DNA of 64,000 bases from Macrostomum lignano (taxonomy: Eukaryota): contig NIVC01000730.1 of the NCBI GenBank assembly GCA_002269645.1, forward strand, positions 124,001-188,000, in the 5' to 3' direction. The notes under the pieces were generated by a model, which saw only the letters and a program-made list of their open reading frames with translations, was not told the origin of the DNA and searched no databases. Positions 39,699 to 51,196 of the stretch are shown here, piece by piece (the first letter of the stretch is position 1; each line of letters starts with the position of its first letter). The position numbers and the translations under genes were made by a program.

Positions 39699-41641
39699 CA
39701 GGGATTCCCAGAGCGATATTCAAGATCGATATTTAGAAATAACAAAAATCTCTGCTTTTAAAACACTAAACGCCATGATTTTTTACAGAAGAAACATCAC
39801 CCACGAGATAAACCGACTTAAAAAAAATTACAGCTACAGATTGAAATGATTTTTTACAATTTGCCAAAAACTGGTGCTTCCCTATCTCCACAGTGTAATA
39901 AATTGATATTCGATTTCGAGTACTTCTGCTTGCTCTCTGTCGCTGAAAATTGACATACAGGACTTCACCCAGACACTAATCGATTATCATAACTCAAACT
40001 GAACTCAAAGTTTCATGCTCGAGAACTATTCGAGAAAAACTGATGTTCCTATCTCCACAGTGTATTAGATTGATATTCGATTTCGAGTACTTCTGCTTGC
40101 TCTCGTCGCTGAAAATTGGCATGCAGGACTTCACCCAGACACTAATTGATTATCATAACTCAAACTGAACTCAATTGCTTCATGCTCGGGAACTATTCGA
40201 GAAAAAAACTGATGTTCCTTTTTCTACAGTAAAGTGTAACATTTTATATTGAGTTAAAAGTTTTTTTGCACTGAATAAATTATAATTTAGGTGAAACTCA
40301 ATTAGCTCTTTAGTATTACTCATTTAATTAAATATTAATTTAATCATTAGATTAAAAAAGCGAACGGAACACTCGCCGATTGTTAAAAAAAAGTTTAAAA
40401 GGCATGTTACAGCATAGCACGCGCATTTTCATCTAGCAAAAATGAAGCAAAACAAGCAGTTTTTGTTCCTTTCTGCTGTTAAATGCATTCTATGGGTCAC
40501 ATTATTGTAGACCAAATGTATTTGTCTCAAGAATTGCTGTCTTCATAATTTTATCCTGGTTGTCGAAGTAAGACATCATCCGAAAGGAATGTCTTGCTGT
40601 CTAGTAAGAGTACGAAGAAATTGACTACTCATTGCATGACAGTAGACCGGCCGATATACTAAAACTTTAATAAAAGCTAAAACTTTCTGCAAAAATTCTC
40701 ATGTATCGTTACATGCTTCTCTATAGACCAAAAATAAGACATACATCTACTTCTGAAGAGTCAGGGTCGAAAAAATAAAAAACTTGGCCTTCTAAACTTT
40801 TTGCACAAATTTGGAGTGGTGCGTCCTTATAGTCTAGCAGTCCTTGAATAGCGTACGCGTCATGCATATTTAATGCTGCACAAAGTTAAGCCTTTAAATT
40901 GTATGCTAATCGATCAGTTGAGTAAATTGGTGCAGTTCGAGCAGCAGAAGTTTGCCTTTTCTTGCGTTGTCGATGCACAGATGCAGTGGATCCAGTCTAG
41001 ACATGATGAGCACTCGATCTACCAGTAGTGCATGCACAAGAATTAAAATTTAAAGTAAAGTGTACGTGCGTATGCATGGATATTCAGCACAGAGGCTGCA
41101 TCAGGTCTTTATATACCTACAAGAATTTTACAACTCACCCAATAAATTGTTGCTGCACCGTCTGCTTTTGCGGCTCTTCTGCTTGACAAATGGCACAAAA
41201 ACCTTGGTTGCTATCGACGGCGTTTTTGCTAGCTGATTACTCGAACAACGAAATCGAATATAGCTACATCTACATGTAATACTGTGGAGATAGGAACATC
41301 AGTTTTTCTTGAATAGTTCTCGAGCATGAAGCTTTAAGTTCAGTTTGAGTTATGATAATCGATTAGTGTCTGGGTGAAGTCCTGTATGTCAATTTTCAGC
41401 GACAGAGAGCAAGCAGAAGTACTCGAAATCGAATATCAATTTATTACACTGTGGAGATAGGGAAGCACCAGTTTTTGGCAAATTGTAAAAAATCATTTCA
41501 ATCTGTAGCCGTAATTTTTTTAAGTCGGTTTATTTCGTGGGTGATGTTTCTTCTGTAAAAAATCATGGCGTTTAGTGCTTTAAAAGCAGAGATTTTTGTT
41601 ATTTCCAAATATCGACCTGAATATCGCTCGGGGAATCCCTG
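39699..41641. mobile_element. Non-autonomous long-TIR element (MITE/foldback-like)
   Basis: ~360-bp inverted repeats starting CAGGGATTCCC and ending GGGAATCCCTG; 2-bp TSD TG; ~165-bp tandem subrepeats in the left arm; no ORF. Confidence 0.9.
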
Positions 41642-42072
41642 TGAGGTGGGGGCGGAGAAAGTTTCTTGGAATGGGTTTATTTGAAAATTAGTTACTGACA
41701 CCAGTGAGGTGGGGCGGATTCCACGTTTGAATTGCCGCCGGCGTTGAGTTCGCACTAATGGTTCCGGAAAATCGCGCAGAAGAATCACAACGAATTACTT
41801 TCTCCTGTTTTACTCCGACAGCCGGGTCCTCAAGTTCCGGGGGGAGGGTAGTTGCAATCGTAGCGGAGCGGTCGTATAGCGGCGCGGTCGTTCAATTGAT
41901 AAACACCGGAGATTCTGACACCGTAATCTACGAGCTAATGCGTTGGCTTGTCGAGCTTGCTACTTCAAGTAGGGTAGTTGCTGCCACCACCGTAATATAC
42001 GTATTACGGAATCTATGGTCTCAGAGCTTTCTTTAAGATGAGACTTTGGTTATTTTACGCCCCACGGGCAAA
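41642..42072. ncRNA. Conserved structured ~430-bp unit, copy 2
   Basis: Homologous to 38628-39061. Confidence 0.5.
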
Positions 42073-42677
42073 ATACTCAAAATAGACTACAGGCTTCTTA
42101 TTAGTAATGAAAGTATTATCGCTTAATATTAATTATTATTATTAATATTATTATTAACTGACTTTTAAAATAATATTTAGCAGGCAGGTACTAATTATTA
42201 TGGTGCGATCGAAATGATTTGACGAGCAGAGCCGGAGTAAGGTAGATGAAGAAACTAAAAACGTAAAACGTAACAAAAACGCAAGAATAAAAAGAGAGTG
42301 AGTGCGAGAGAGAGAGGGCGAGAGTGAATTAGCAGCGCTTGAAACATGCAAGATAAATAGTTAGTATAAATTCCAACTACAGGGGCGAAACTTGGACGGG
42401 TAGCTGGGCAGCTGGTTGGGCAAAGGAGTGGGCACAAGGTTGAGCGAAGGCAGTTTTACGCAGAAATTAAAAGAAAAGAAAATAACAAACAAGAGTGGGG
42501 AAACATGGATTCATAGGTGGGACAAATTGGAGGAACAAAAATTGGGAAAAAGGAAAACATACGGGAAAGTGACTAAATAAACAACTATTGGAAAACAATA
42601 CGCAAAAATTTCCGGGAGTTGGGGCACGTAATTAAATTCATAGAAACTTAGTAAATTGAACGCAAAAATTATTAAAG

Positions 42678-43095
42678 TGAGGTGGGGGTGGAGAAAGTTT
42701 TCTTGGAAATTGGTTGGTTTTTGAAAATTTTCTGACACCAGTGAGGTGGGGCGGATTCCACGTTTGAATTGCCGCCGGCGTTGAGTTCGCACGAATAAAC
42801 CGGAAAAATCGCGCAGACGAATCACAACGTAATCTTTCTCCTTTTACTCCGACTGCCGGGTTCTCAAGTCCGGGGGGAGGGTAGTCGAAATCGTAGCAGA
42901 GCGGTCGTTAGCGGCGCGGTCGTTCAAAGCGATGAAACACCAGGGATTCTGTCTCCGTAAATTAATGCGACGATTTGCTGAGCCTGTTACTCTCAGTAGG
43001 GTAGTTGCTGCCACCACCGTAATTTACGGCGGACGATAAGTCTCAGAGCTTCCTTTGAGATGAGAACTTTGGTTATTTTACGCCCCTCGGGCAAA
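42678..43095. ncRNA. Conserved structured ~420-bp unit, copy 3
   Basis: Homologous to 38628-39061. Confidence 0.5.
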
Positions 43096-43653
43096 TGACT
43101 CACGAAATGCTATGGCTTTAGTTTAATGAGTAAATAATAATGGTTAAAGTTTATTACATTGGCTTATTTTGAGCAGGCTGGATATTAAAAAAAATATTAC
43201 TACGACGCTACGCGGATGTGACGCGGGCCGAGGTCGAAATAAAAGTTTCAACTGGGCTTAAACGATAAACACGAAAGTAAGAAAAGAAAAGCAGAGAAAC
43301 GGGAATGAAGACAGTCATGTAATCATCGCGTTTAAATAGAGGAGAATTAACGGTCACGCAGCGGGGATAGAGGCTGGACATGCACATGGGAGAGAAAATC
43401 ACGAAAAAGGGCATAATGCGGGGCGGCATAAACACATAAGAAAAAACTAAAATTTACTGTACACATCCAGCTTCGTGTAATCAAAACACGTTGCGGGTAC
43501 AAACAGAATCCAGCATCGGGAGTGATGTCACTCCAAAAATGGGAGAAAACGCGACAATTCACCAGCCACATGCAAAATTAAAAAAATGACAAATACAAGT
43601 TTTATCGCATCTTACGTGGCAACCCGCCTGCCACATGCGCAGGGCGGCCGGCA

Positions 43654-44286
43654 TCACTGGCGAAAATTAGCAGCACCCGCTGCCGATGTACGTCCTCGGC
43701 CGCCGCGGCCGTTTGGGCGAGGGTCTCTCGGCTGGTCTTCGGTTGGGACTTGCTGGGTCGGTCGGGGTGGCGCGTTGACCGGCGCCGAGTTGACGGCTGG
43801 GGGCCATCCTTGGATTTTAACGCGACCGTCGATAATGCGGAGCCGCTCCAGGTACTTCTCGACGGCCGCGTCCCAGAAGGCTTTCAGACGCTCGTCCCAG
43901 CCGGCCTCCAGATGTCCGGCTTCGAAGTAGGCAAGCGCAAGGAAAAGCGCTAGAGCCGGTCGGGGCTGGACTTTCTGCCGAAGGTGTTCTTCGGCTCGGC
44001 CTAACTGCTCGTCCAGCAGATCGCGAGTTGAGGCCGGAGGCATTATGCCGCAAAGTTGCCGCCACGGGGCGTCGATCTGTACACGGCCTTTCTCGACGGC
44101 CTGCGCAAATGCCTTGAATAGCGCCTGTCTGAGGCGGATGCGCGCCGGGGCTGCACCGGTCGCAGCGGCATTGATGACCCGGAGGGTCGTGGCGTCTTCC
44201 TGGCTGAGCCATGGCGCCCGGCGCAGTGAGGCCTCAAGTTCGGGCGCGCGAAGAGCTTGGTCGCTGGCTGACTCTTGGTTTGCCAT
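43654..44286 (-). CDS. Orphan ~210-aa protein with a Pro/Arg/Gly-rich (RGGRGR) tail
   Basis: Uninterrupted GC-rich ORF starting MANQESAS; predicted helical core; no recognised family. Confidence 0.6.
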   Translation of the reverse strand: MANQESASDQALRAPELEASLRRAPWLSQEDATTLRVINAAATGAAPARIRLRQALFKAFAQAVEKGRVQIDAPWRQLCGIMPPASTRDLLDEQLGRAEEHLRQKVQPRPALALFLALAYFEAGHLEAGWDERLKAFWDAAVEKYLERLRIIDGRVKIQGWPPAVNSAPVNAPPRPTQQVPTEDQPRDPRPNGRGGRGRTSAAGAANFRQ

Positions 44287-44599
44287 AGTAGGATGATTTC
44301 CGCAGAAGAAAATCACAAACGGAGCAAAATAAATGAATGGAGCAGCAAAGGAAGCAAAAAAATACAAAGGGGTTAATTACAGCGGGGCGATGAGGGATGA
44401 TGCGCAGTCGAAAATAATAGCCGAAGGAAATAGATAGCACGGAGGCAAAGTTAAACAGTTTGAGAAATTTTGGACCAGAGATAAATCGCGGCCTTAAATA
44501 CGACAGAAACCTCCAGTCGCTGAAAAAGGTTTCCAACCACGGGGAACGACCACCACCCCGCTTGCACTCTATGGCGGGCACACACGGAGGTGGGGTGGG

Positions 44600-47200
44600 T
44601 GACAAAAAGTAGAGTCATAAAACGGATAGTTAACCGCGGCTGGTTCGACTTCGCTTTCGTCACTCGACTCGTAGGGCAGCATTGGCCGCTCTGTCTGGCG
44701 CGGAGGCTCCTGCGGTCGATCTGCCATCACTTGCGGCACCTTGATGACGTTATTGCGGTGTACGAGCATATCAGCAGGGCGTCCACGTCGGGCTGTTGCA
44801 GGCTGGATCCAGTAGGCTACTTCGCCGACCTTTCTGTTGACTTTTTACATACTCTTGTACGGTCGGTGAAACTTCGGCAGCTCGCCCAACTCAAAATGCG
44901 GCGAGAATCCCGTCGTACGGTTGACAGCTGATCGCAGGGCTGTCAAAGCGGCTGGCAGCATCTTGTCCCACTGTTGATGATCTTCGAGGAGACAAGTGAG
45001 CACCTTCTTGATGTTTTTGTTGCACGACTCAGCTTGACCGTTGGCCCAGGGCGAGTATGGCGGCGTCGTTGTCTACCGGATGCCATAGACTTCGCAGAAA
45101 TGTCGAAACTCATGCCCAGTGAACTGCTTGCCTTGGTCTGAATGGATCCACGCGGGGATTCCGGTGATCGGGAAGACTTGTTCCTGCAGCAGAGTTTTAA
45201 TTGTCTTGGCGCGCTGATTTTTCATGGCGAAGGCGAATGGGTACTTCGACGTAGTATCGACGTAGGTTAGGATTTACTTATTGCCTCGGTCTGTCGGGTC
45301 TCCAGTGGGGCCCATGATGTCGATTGCGCATCGCCCATAGATTTCGCAAACCGGGAACGACTGTACATGCGCCGGAACTCGTCGCCGTCCTTTGCTCTGA
45401 GTGCAGGTCTGGCAGAAAGCGACGTAGTCGGACACGGCCTTGGCCAGGGCCGGTCGCCAGAACCTCTCGCGTACCTTTGCGATGGTGAGATCTCGGCCCA
45501 TGAGTCCGCAGTAGGGCGAACCATGCAGGTCGGCGAACACCGTGGCGTCGAGACTCTTCGGCAGGACGATCCTCGCTTTATCCTCTTCGCCAACATCGTC
45601 GAGATGGATGACTAATAGTCCGTCGTCTCGGACTTCCAATTGCTCATAGAATGCTAGGAGATTTCGCTCATCTCTTGTTAGATTTAAACGCTGATTTAGC
45701 GGCGGCTTCGGTTGTCGACTTTCAATTAAGTTGATCATCATCGCGATGGCGGAGTCAGCACGCTGATGAGTCTGGAGCTCCCACGAGTGACTGGTTTTGG
45801 GATGTGATCGGTTAGATTCAATGCTTGGCGTCGGTTAGTCGAATTAGTCGGCGCGGCTTCGGCTGTGGCGGCATGGTTCGGGGTCTGGAGCTCCCTCCGC
45901 ACGGTCGCTACTCTGACCGATTGCCGGGTCGTTGAAAAATTTAAAGGCCGCTCCTTGTCAGCAGATAAGGGTGAGCAGCAGATAAGGGTGAGTCAGCAGA
46001 ACTGTCGGCGTCGAGGCTGAATCTCACTTTCTTGAACACAGGACGGTGAGCGGATTGGCAGCGGTCGTCGCTGGCTGCGCTGTGGTCGCTGTCCTCGTCG
46101 CTTTCAGCTAGTAGACGGCGGCTCCTTGACGGGCAACATGTCGTGCTGCTAACGTGCTGGTGGGCGACTTCTGAGAGTCTCGAAAACGGCTGGTTGATGG
46201 CCTCGGCTTCGTCGCCGGCGAGTGCAGCGCTGTCAGCGGCTTGCTGTCGGCTGCCGATGTTGCTGGCGGAGTAGCCTCGCCGTTGGACTCATTCGGCTTC
46301 GTCGACGGTTCCCGTCGATTCCGACGGTTCGGTTGCTTCCTGCTCGGTGGAGGGCTAGGGTGGCTGCTGTCGGGGACCTTCGGCGCCGCTGCGCCAGTTT
46401 GCGCGGCTGGCTGCTTACTTTGGTCCTCGTCTGCTGCCTCACGCTGAGCCTCCTCCATGCATTCGGCGTCGTCCTCGGGCCGTCTCGAAAGACCGTCGGC
46501 GTTCTGATGCTGACTTGATTTACGATGCTGGATCTCGAACTCGAATTCTCTGAGGCGCTGTAGCCATCGTCCGAAGATTCCTTCTTGCTGAGTTCTTAAG
46601 ATCCAGGTTAATGCGGCATGGTCAGTTCGGCAGATGAACTTTTTTGCCAGCAGGTAGAATCGGAAGTGTCGCATCCCGTCTACAACTGCCAAGAGTTCTT
46701 GCTTTGTAATTGGATACCAAGCTTCGGCCGGTTTGAGTCTCCGGGAGAAATAGCCAATTGGTCGCTCAACTCCGTCAGCTTGGCGTTGGCTCAGGCAGGC
46801 TCCGATTCTGGTCGCAGAAGCATCCGTGTCCAGGATAAAGATAACATTAGGATCCTCGCTGAACTGCGGATACGCGAGCACAGATGTCGAAGTCAAGGCT
46901 GCTTTGAGCTGGTCGAACGCGTCTTGCTGGGCTTTTCCCCATAGACAATTGAAATTTCGGATCTTCTTCTCCTTGATCAGATCGTGGAGCGGAGCAGCAA
47001 GTTCTGCATAGCCAGGTACGAATTTTGAATGATAAGCGCACGTGCAGACAAAACTTTTAAGTTGTCGCGCTGTTCTTGGTCTTGGCCAGGTCTGAATAGC
47101 CTCGATCTTCGCCGGATCAGTTTTGATTCCATCTTTTGTTACAACATGGCCCAGGTAGTTTAAGCTTGCCCGAAATAGATCCCGGTGTAAAATTCGCTGT
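44600..47200 (-). mobile_element. Gypsy pol fragment (RT end, RNase H, integrase), 5'-truncated and disrupted
   Basis: YLGHVV, LDTDAS, TDHAAL, HxxxxxH...CxxC, IHSDQG..F and NGQAE motifs; internal stops; no LTR found. Confidence 0.9.
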
Positions 47201-47323
47201 CGAATCGACCAGAGAATCGACCAAAAATTCTGGATCGAATAGACCAAGAAATGGCACTCAGAAATTTTCTTAATTCGACGATCGAATATTCTGTCTAATT
47301 TCTACCAGTAAATTTTATTCACC

Positions 47324-50300
47324 TGTTGTGTTCTAATTAACACAGATAGTTTCTTTGATTGAAGCTTTCTCGGCGAGACACAAATCTCGCTCACAATATA
47401 TTTATAGAGGTGAAACTCCTACTTGCACGTTGCATTGCCAAATCGATACGCAATCACCTACACATTCTAGTCTGAGTACAGTATACGCCCACGCATTCAA
47501 TAAGGTCAATAGTTAATTGTCAGTGGTCAGTTCATTGTGCAAGCATTGTCAATCACAACATTCTCCCCCCCCCTTCCGGAAGAGGATAACGCTCCGGTTG
47601 CCGTCGAGCTCGAGTTGACCTTCGAAGTTCAGGTGGAGGTGGCGGCTCCCCCGTCCGTGGGGGCGGAGCCGGCGGCAGCGGCAAATCGAACAAGTCGTCC
47701 TCTTGGTCGGCCGCGCCGTTGTCAGCCGGTGGGCTGTTGCACTTAACCAGCCGACTCGCTTGCCACTTTGTACCGTCGGACAGCACGAAGGTGTTGAGCC
47801 CTGCTCGGGAGGCGATCTTTAGCGGTTCCTTCAGTCGGGTCGCCAGCTTGTGCGCTCGGTGCGGCGTCTGTCGCCAGACCCAGTCTCCGGCCTGGAATGC
47901 TGAGTCTCGAGCTCGCCTTCGCTTGTTGGTGTAGTCGGCATTCTTGGCTTGCCTCTGTGCGATGCTGTCTCGCAGGTCGCTGTCGTCCCGCTGTTGCACT
48001 GGAGTTGGCCTGAGCAGCTGCAGTCCGGACCGCAGCTTGCGCCCGATCATCAGCTCGGCTGGAGTCAGCCCGGTGAGAGCGTGCTGGCTGGTCCTGTAGG
48101 TCTTGAGCACCAGGTCGATGGCGTCCTCGAACTTCGCTCCCGCCCTCAGGTTCGCTGCCAGGCCCTCCTTCAGACTTCGGTTGAATCGCTCGACTCCGCC
48201 GTTGCCTTGCGGGTAGTACCGGCTCACTCGGCTGTGCTTGATGCCCTCGGCTCGCAGGAACTCTTCGAACTCGTCGCTGACGAACTGGGGTCCGTTGTCG
48301 CTGATCAGCATCTTCAGAACTCCCCACCGGCCGAATAGCTTCCGAAGCGTCTTGATGATGTTCGCAGAGGTGACGGTTTCCATGGCTGCAATCTCCGGCC
48401 ACTTGCTGTACAGGTCGTGGATCACCAGTAGGAACCGCTGGTGTCGAGGAGCCGCGGCGACGTCGCCAAAGATATCGATCTCGACCTTGTCCCACGGTCC
48501 ATCTGGCCACTCGATTGGTGTCACGATCGTCTGTTGAGGCTTGCCGGACTTCTCCGCCAGAGTGCAGGCCGTGCAGTTCTTGACGTAGTCCTCAACCTGC
48601 CGGTCAATTCCAAGAAACCAGACCATGTCGCGGCACCGCTGCTTTGACCGAACGACGCCCGGATGCCCTTCGTGGGCCTCCTCGATGACTTGAAGTCGCA
48701 GGCTCGTCGGGATGATCGCGCGTTCACCACGGCCGAGGCACTGACCGTTGTTCCAGCAGAACAGCTCGTCCCGGACGTTGAAGTACGGCTTCAGAGAGCT
48801 GTCCACATTCGTCGGCCAGCCGCCCGAGATGTACTGCCAAACCGCCTGCAGCACTTCGTCCTCCTTGGTCGCCGTTGCCAGTGCGTCTGCCGTCAGCGTT
48901 GTCTTCGAGTCGACGACTGCGTAGACGTAGCCCTCCTCGTCGGTCTCCTCGGATGGATCGCGCTCCGTCGTGGCCCATCTGGACAGCATGTCCGCGCACT
49001 TGTCAGCGCCAGGGATGTGCTCAAACCGGACGTCGTAGCCGCGAAGTCTCTCGACCCATCGATGAATGCGAAGAGGCCTGTGCCCCATGCTTTTCGAGTC
49101 GAGCAGAGTTTTCAGGGCCTTGTGGTCGGTGCGCAGCGTTCTCGTCTGTCGTATAGATAGTAGTGCCAGCGTTCGATGCTCCATACACAGGCCAGGGCTT
49201 CTCGCTCTCCGGCTGAGTATCGCTTTTCCGCTGGGCTGAGTGCTCTCGTTGCGAACGCGATTGGCACCTCTTTTCCGTTTTGTACTTGGCTGAGCACTGC
49301 CCCCAGTCCGTCTAGACTTGCATCGCAGGTGACGTACGTCTCAGCATGGCAGTCAAAATGAGCTAACACTGGGCTGCTGGTTACGGCTGACTTGAGTGTA
49401 CGGAAGGCTGTACGTTCTCGCTCACCCCAGTGCCAGTCCGCGTCCTTTTTGAGCAGTTGTCTCAGAGGCTCGGCAATTGCTGAGTAATAAGGTATGAACT
49501 TGTGCAAAAAGTTCACTGCCCCGAGAAACGATTGAATTTGCGCGACTGTTGATGCCTCAGGAATTCTTAGAATTGCGTCGACGTTGGACTTGGTCGGTTT
49601 GAGGCCGTCTGCAGAGATGACCAATCCGAAGAAATCCACGCTCGCCTGCCGGAATTTGCACTTCTCTCGATTGAATGTGAAGCCTTCGCGATGAATCCGC
49701 CCTAGGACTTCTCGGAGGTTCTTGTCGTGCTCAGTCTCGTCCTTGCCGTGCACCAGGATGTCGTCCACGATGTTAATGGCGCCAGGAGCTCCTCGAAGCA
49801 CCGTCTGCAGGGCTCTCTGGAAGGCAGCTCCGGAGCTGGATAGCCCGAATGGCACCACGGTGAACTGATACAGGCCGGCATCGGTGATGAAGCACGTCAG
49901 TCCTCGAGAGTCTGGATGCAGCGGAATCTGCTGGTAGCCTTGACGCAGGTCCAGCTTGCTGAAGCACTTCGAGCCGTTGATGCTGGCCGATAGGTCCTCG
50001 ATTGACGGTACCGGATAGCGGTCCGCGATCACCGCCTTGTTGACCTGCCGCAGATCCACGCAGAGACGAACCTTGTTGGACTCCTTCTTGCGCGTCACGT
50101 CAACGTTGCTAACCCACTCGGACGCGTCGACCCTCTCAATGATGCCCTGTTGCTCCATCCGGCTGATCTCTGACGTCACTTCGTCCTTCAGGCCGATCGG
50201 CAGCTTCCGCATTGGCTGAGACACTGGCTTGACCGAGGCGTCGATCTTTGTCCGGTGAATGAAACTCTTGGACCGGCCCAGACCGTCGAAGATTCCGGGG

Positions 50301-51196
50301 AAGTCGCGCTTGATCGTAGTCTCGCTGATGCTCATCACTCTGTTGTCACCTTGGAAGATTTTGAATCCGAGGGCCTGAAACAGGTCGCGGCCCAGGATGT
50401 TCGCTCCTTTGTCGGCGACGTAGAATGTGGCTTCTGTCCTGATGCCGTTGAACGTCACAGGAAGCTCGACCTTGCCGATGGTCTTGATCGCAGATCCGCC
50501 GTATGCCTCCAGTTTTGTGCTCGTCGGAAGCAGCGGGTGCCTAGCGAAGGACTTCTTGAACGTCTCCATGTTGAGCAACGAAACGGCAGCACCGCAGTCG
50601 ATTTGCAGTCGAATCAGCTTTCCGTCCAGACGGCATTCGCAGAATAAGCTGTCTGTGCTCTTGTTGTTCACGGCCAGGACCGTCAGGCTGGACTCTGCAG
50701 GCTCTTTGGTGTCGATCGCAAAGACCGCTTTCATGCGGCACATTCTCGCGAAATGGTTCGTCTTGCCGCATCGTCTGCATTTCTGGCCCATCGCCTTGCA
50801 TTCGCCCTTGTGTCCGTGGTTGCCTCCGCATCGAGTGCACTTTAGACCTGCTGCTGCGGTCTTCTCATGGCGAGCAGCTGGCTTCGGCTTCTTGCTCAGA
50901 GCCTTCACGTGGAGCTCTGGGCCGCTGACCTGCTTGGCATCTCTGATGGCTGCTTCGATTCGCTCAGCCTTCTTGATGGCGTCATGTAGCGTCAGATCGT
51001 CCTCCTCCATCAGGAGTCTTTCCCTAATGCGAGGTACGCAGGTTTTCTCCACAAGTTGGTCTCGAATCATTTCGTCGTGAAAGGTGCCAAAGTTGCAGTT
51101 TGTTGCCAGTTCTCTCAGGGCCATCACGTAGTCTCCGATGCTCTCGCCGTCGTGCTGGGGTCGCTGCCGAAAGGCGAAGCGCTCTGCTATGACGCT
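47324..51196 (-). mobile_element. Gypsy LTR retrotransposon, 5'-truncated in gag, single 3' LTR
   Basis: LTR 47324-47560 (TGTTGTG...CACAACA), adjacent PPT GGGGGGGGAGAA on the minus strand; TCACC flanks both junctions (47319-47323 and 51197-51201). Confidence 0.92.
47553..51190 (-). pseudogene. Gag-Pol (CCHC, IDCGA protease, IVDD RT, RNase H, integrase), frameshifted
   Basis: Track ORFs 49112-51127 and 47553-49184; SDNGPQF and GNGGVER motifs. Confidence 0.93.

Noticed and set aside
39885-39920. CACAGTG RSS heptamer in the MITE repeats (RAG/Transib-like signal)
   Set aside because: It is internal rather than terminal, has no ACAAAAACC nonamer at 12 or 23 bp, and the related repeat has CGTAGTG.
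38628-43095. Hammerhead ribozyme in the cores
   Set aside because: I found no CTGANGA...GAAA core with flanking stems on either strand.
38330-43435. Small hydrophobic ORFs in the spacers as cassette cargo
   Set aside because: They are expected from the T-rich minus strand, share no peptide similarity, and lack consistent starts.
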